NCBI GenBank assembly: GCA_012295275.1
Contig: CM022670.1
Location: 27,900,001-27,964,000 of the forward strand
Direction: 5' to 3'
From: Chrysomallon squamiferum
Lineage: Eukaryota; Animalia; Mollusca
DNA: 64,000 bases
Shown here piece by piece: positions 61,213 to 64,000 of this stretch (its first letter is position 1; every line of letters begins with the position of its first letter). A program made the position numbers and the translations under genes. A model generated the notes under the pieces. The model worked only from the letters and a program-made list of their open reading frames with translations. It did no database searches and was not told the origin of the DNA.

Positions 61213-61579
61213 GCCGAGTCAGATGATATTACTATTTTCCGTGGCTTTGTTCTCTGTCGTAGTTTGGTGTGTGTGTCAAGGTCACTCATTGAAATAATAA
61301 CGGGTTCAGGATATCAAATCATAATCAGGAAGGTAATTAACCGCATATTTCCACTAGAATATTACTACTACTACTACTACTACTACTACTAATACTAATA
61401 CTAATACTACTACTAATACTACTAACAATAATAAATAACCCACTTCAAGCTAATCGTTCAACTAGTTCACCATCTCCAGGTAACGTGTAAAAATGTAAGT
61501 GCTGTAAAGTGTGGAAACAAATAAAACAATAACTTGAACGTTTGTAAAAAGTTACAGTTTTGTCCTGTTAATACTTTTG

Positions 61580-61641
<62 letters not shown>

Positions 61642-61780
61642 ATTAATTTATTATTTTTATCCCGAAATCTCTTTTATTTAATTATTTAATTATTATTGCT
61701 ATTGTTATTAACACTGTCATTACTATTATCACCATTATCACCACTATTATTATTGTTGTTGTTATTATTATTATTATTAC

Positions 61781-61811
<31 letters not shown>

Positions 61812-62862
61812 TGAGAATGTTTTTATTAGTTTCTAATTTTCTCTCTCTCTTTTTTAATTCTGTTTTCCATAAAAAAACCTCATTTAAATATACACTCACA
61901 TTTATCTACACACACACACACACATACATTATATACATCTACATATACATGCACATACACAGACACAGACACACACACACACACATTATATACATCTACA
62001 TATACAAACACCTCACAGACACACACACACACATACATTATATACATCTACATATACATGCACATACACAGACACAGACACAGACACACACACACACACA
62101 CATTTATATACATCTACATATACATACACATACACAGACACAGACACACACACACACACATACATTATATACATCTACATATACATACACAGACACAGAC
62201 ACAGACACACACACACACATACATTATATACATCTACATATACATGCACATACACAGACACAGACACACACACACACATACACCCTCACACATTTTTCTT
62301 GCCGAGTCAGATGATATTAGTATTTTCCGTGGCTTTGTTCTCTGTCGTAGTTTGGTATGTGTGTCAAGGTCACTCAGTGAAATTATAACAGTTCACAATT
62401 CAAGGCGGATCCGTATCAGGAACTGGAAGTTCATGTAACTGTGATCGGGTATAACTCTCAACAGGAACTGAATTTAATCATAATGGAAAGAAATAATTAT
62501 AAAAATAAAAATCAGTCAACAAAATAAAAAATATAAATATTATGTTAAAAAACGGGTAATCAAATCTGCTTATACAGTAAAACGCATTTCTGTTCTATTT
62601 CTATTTTTTGTTCATACAATAAACTAAATGTTCAAAACGATAACATCAAAGATGAAAGTTCCCAGTGCCGAGCACCAGTAATAAAGATGAAACTAATACT
62701 TTCTTACAGGCTGTTTTATTTTTATTTTATTTTATGTTATTTATTTTTTTATTTTTTTTTTTTTTTTTCTGGTGTTTATTTCGTTTTATGTTACACTGTG
62801 AAAACCACACGTACAAGGGTCAAATAAAATTTGTATTGCAGAAAAAAAAATTAATAAAAAAA

Positions 62863-62918
<56 letters not shown>

Positions 62919-63274
62919 TGATATTAAAAATTAAAAAAATTAAAGAGAATGAATATAGTTTAAAAAAAAAATAAAAATAAAATAAATATATAAATAAATA
63001 AATATCAGTAAATAATAATCGAAATCGCCCATTTCTAATCTTAAAGCAATAGAATTAGTCATTACTGATTAAAAGAGTACTAAGAAATGATTTAAGTTAT
63101 TATTTAACAGTTTACTAATATTCGTTTTAACACACATTCAGAAATCAGATCATAATCAGAAAAGTAATTAACTTCATATTTCGGCTAGAATATTACTACT
63201 ACTACTACTACTACTACTAGCGATACTACTGATACTACTACTACTACTACTACTACTACTATGACTACTACTGA

Positions 63275-63325
<51 letters not shown>

Positions 63326-63702
63326 CGATACTACTGATACTACTACTACTATTACTACTACTACTACTACTACTACTATTACTTCTGATAATAATAAATA
63401 ACCCACTTCAAGCTAATCGTTCAACTAGTTCACCGTCTCCAGGTAACGTGTAAAAATGAGTAAATGACGGTTTTCAAATATTTTCTAAGTGCTGTAAAGT
63501 GTGGAAACAAATAAAACAATAACTTGAACGTTTGTGAAAAGTTTTTAGTCTTTAATCGAATCATCAAAGACAATATTTAAAAACATAGCCATTCCATCAG
63601 TCTTACAAACCTATTACACTTACGTGTGTGCGCTAAGAACATATACACTGAAAGATGCTCAGACTTGTAAAAGGTTACAGTTTTGTCCTGTTAATACTTT
63701 TG

Positions 63703-63776
<74 letters not shown>

Positions 63777-64000
63777 GTATTAATTTTTTTTATCATCCCG
63801 AAATCTCTTTTATTTAATTATTTAATTATTATTGCTATTGTAACTAACACTGTCATTACTATTATCACCATTATCAACACTATTATTATTATTATTATTA
63901 TTAATTGAGAATGTTTTTATTAGTTTCTAATTTTCTCTCTCTCTCTTTTTCTTAATTCTGTTTTCCATAAAAACACTCATTTAGATATACACTCACATTT
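61190..64000. repeat. Local tandem duplication of the CAP-ShK first exon and upstream region
   Basis: 61190-61300 matches 62278-62388, and 61431-61905 matches 63394-64000 (the second copy has insertions). A ~60-bp CA-rich minisatellite lies at 61920-62280. Confidence 0.88.

Overview
AT-rich, microsatellite-rich animal genomic DNA, probably lophotrochozoan or mollusc (inferred, not proven). From left to right it holds: the 3' half of a LAR-family receptor tyrosine phosphatase (+); PARPBP/PARI (-), head-to-head with PTER (+), whose first coding intron carries a Mutator-type element with a 9-bp target-site duplication (TSD); a secreted CAP-domain gene (-); a tRNA-Cys(GCA) cluster with 5 full-length genes and 4 broken copies; a pogo-like terminal inverted repeat (TIR) element; and a CAP+2xShK gene (-) with a duplicated first exon. 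Most notable: (1) two copies of a Tx1/L1-type retrotransposon whose poly(A) tails run directly into 3' parts of tRNA-Cys, suggesting a tRNA-Cys-gene-specific LINE; (2) an inverted pair of unannotated two-exon micropeptide genes (MSIVLPA...) with conserved CRE/kappaB-like/TATA upstream motifs, flanking the tRNA cluster; (3) a 36-bp minisatellite that multiplies a PTER splice acceptor 14 times, and a 25-bp minisatellite that multiplies a poly(A) signal. All exon models and alignments were read by eye; no database searches were run.
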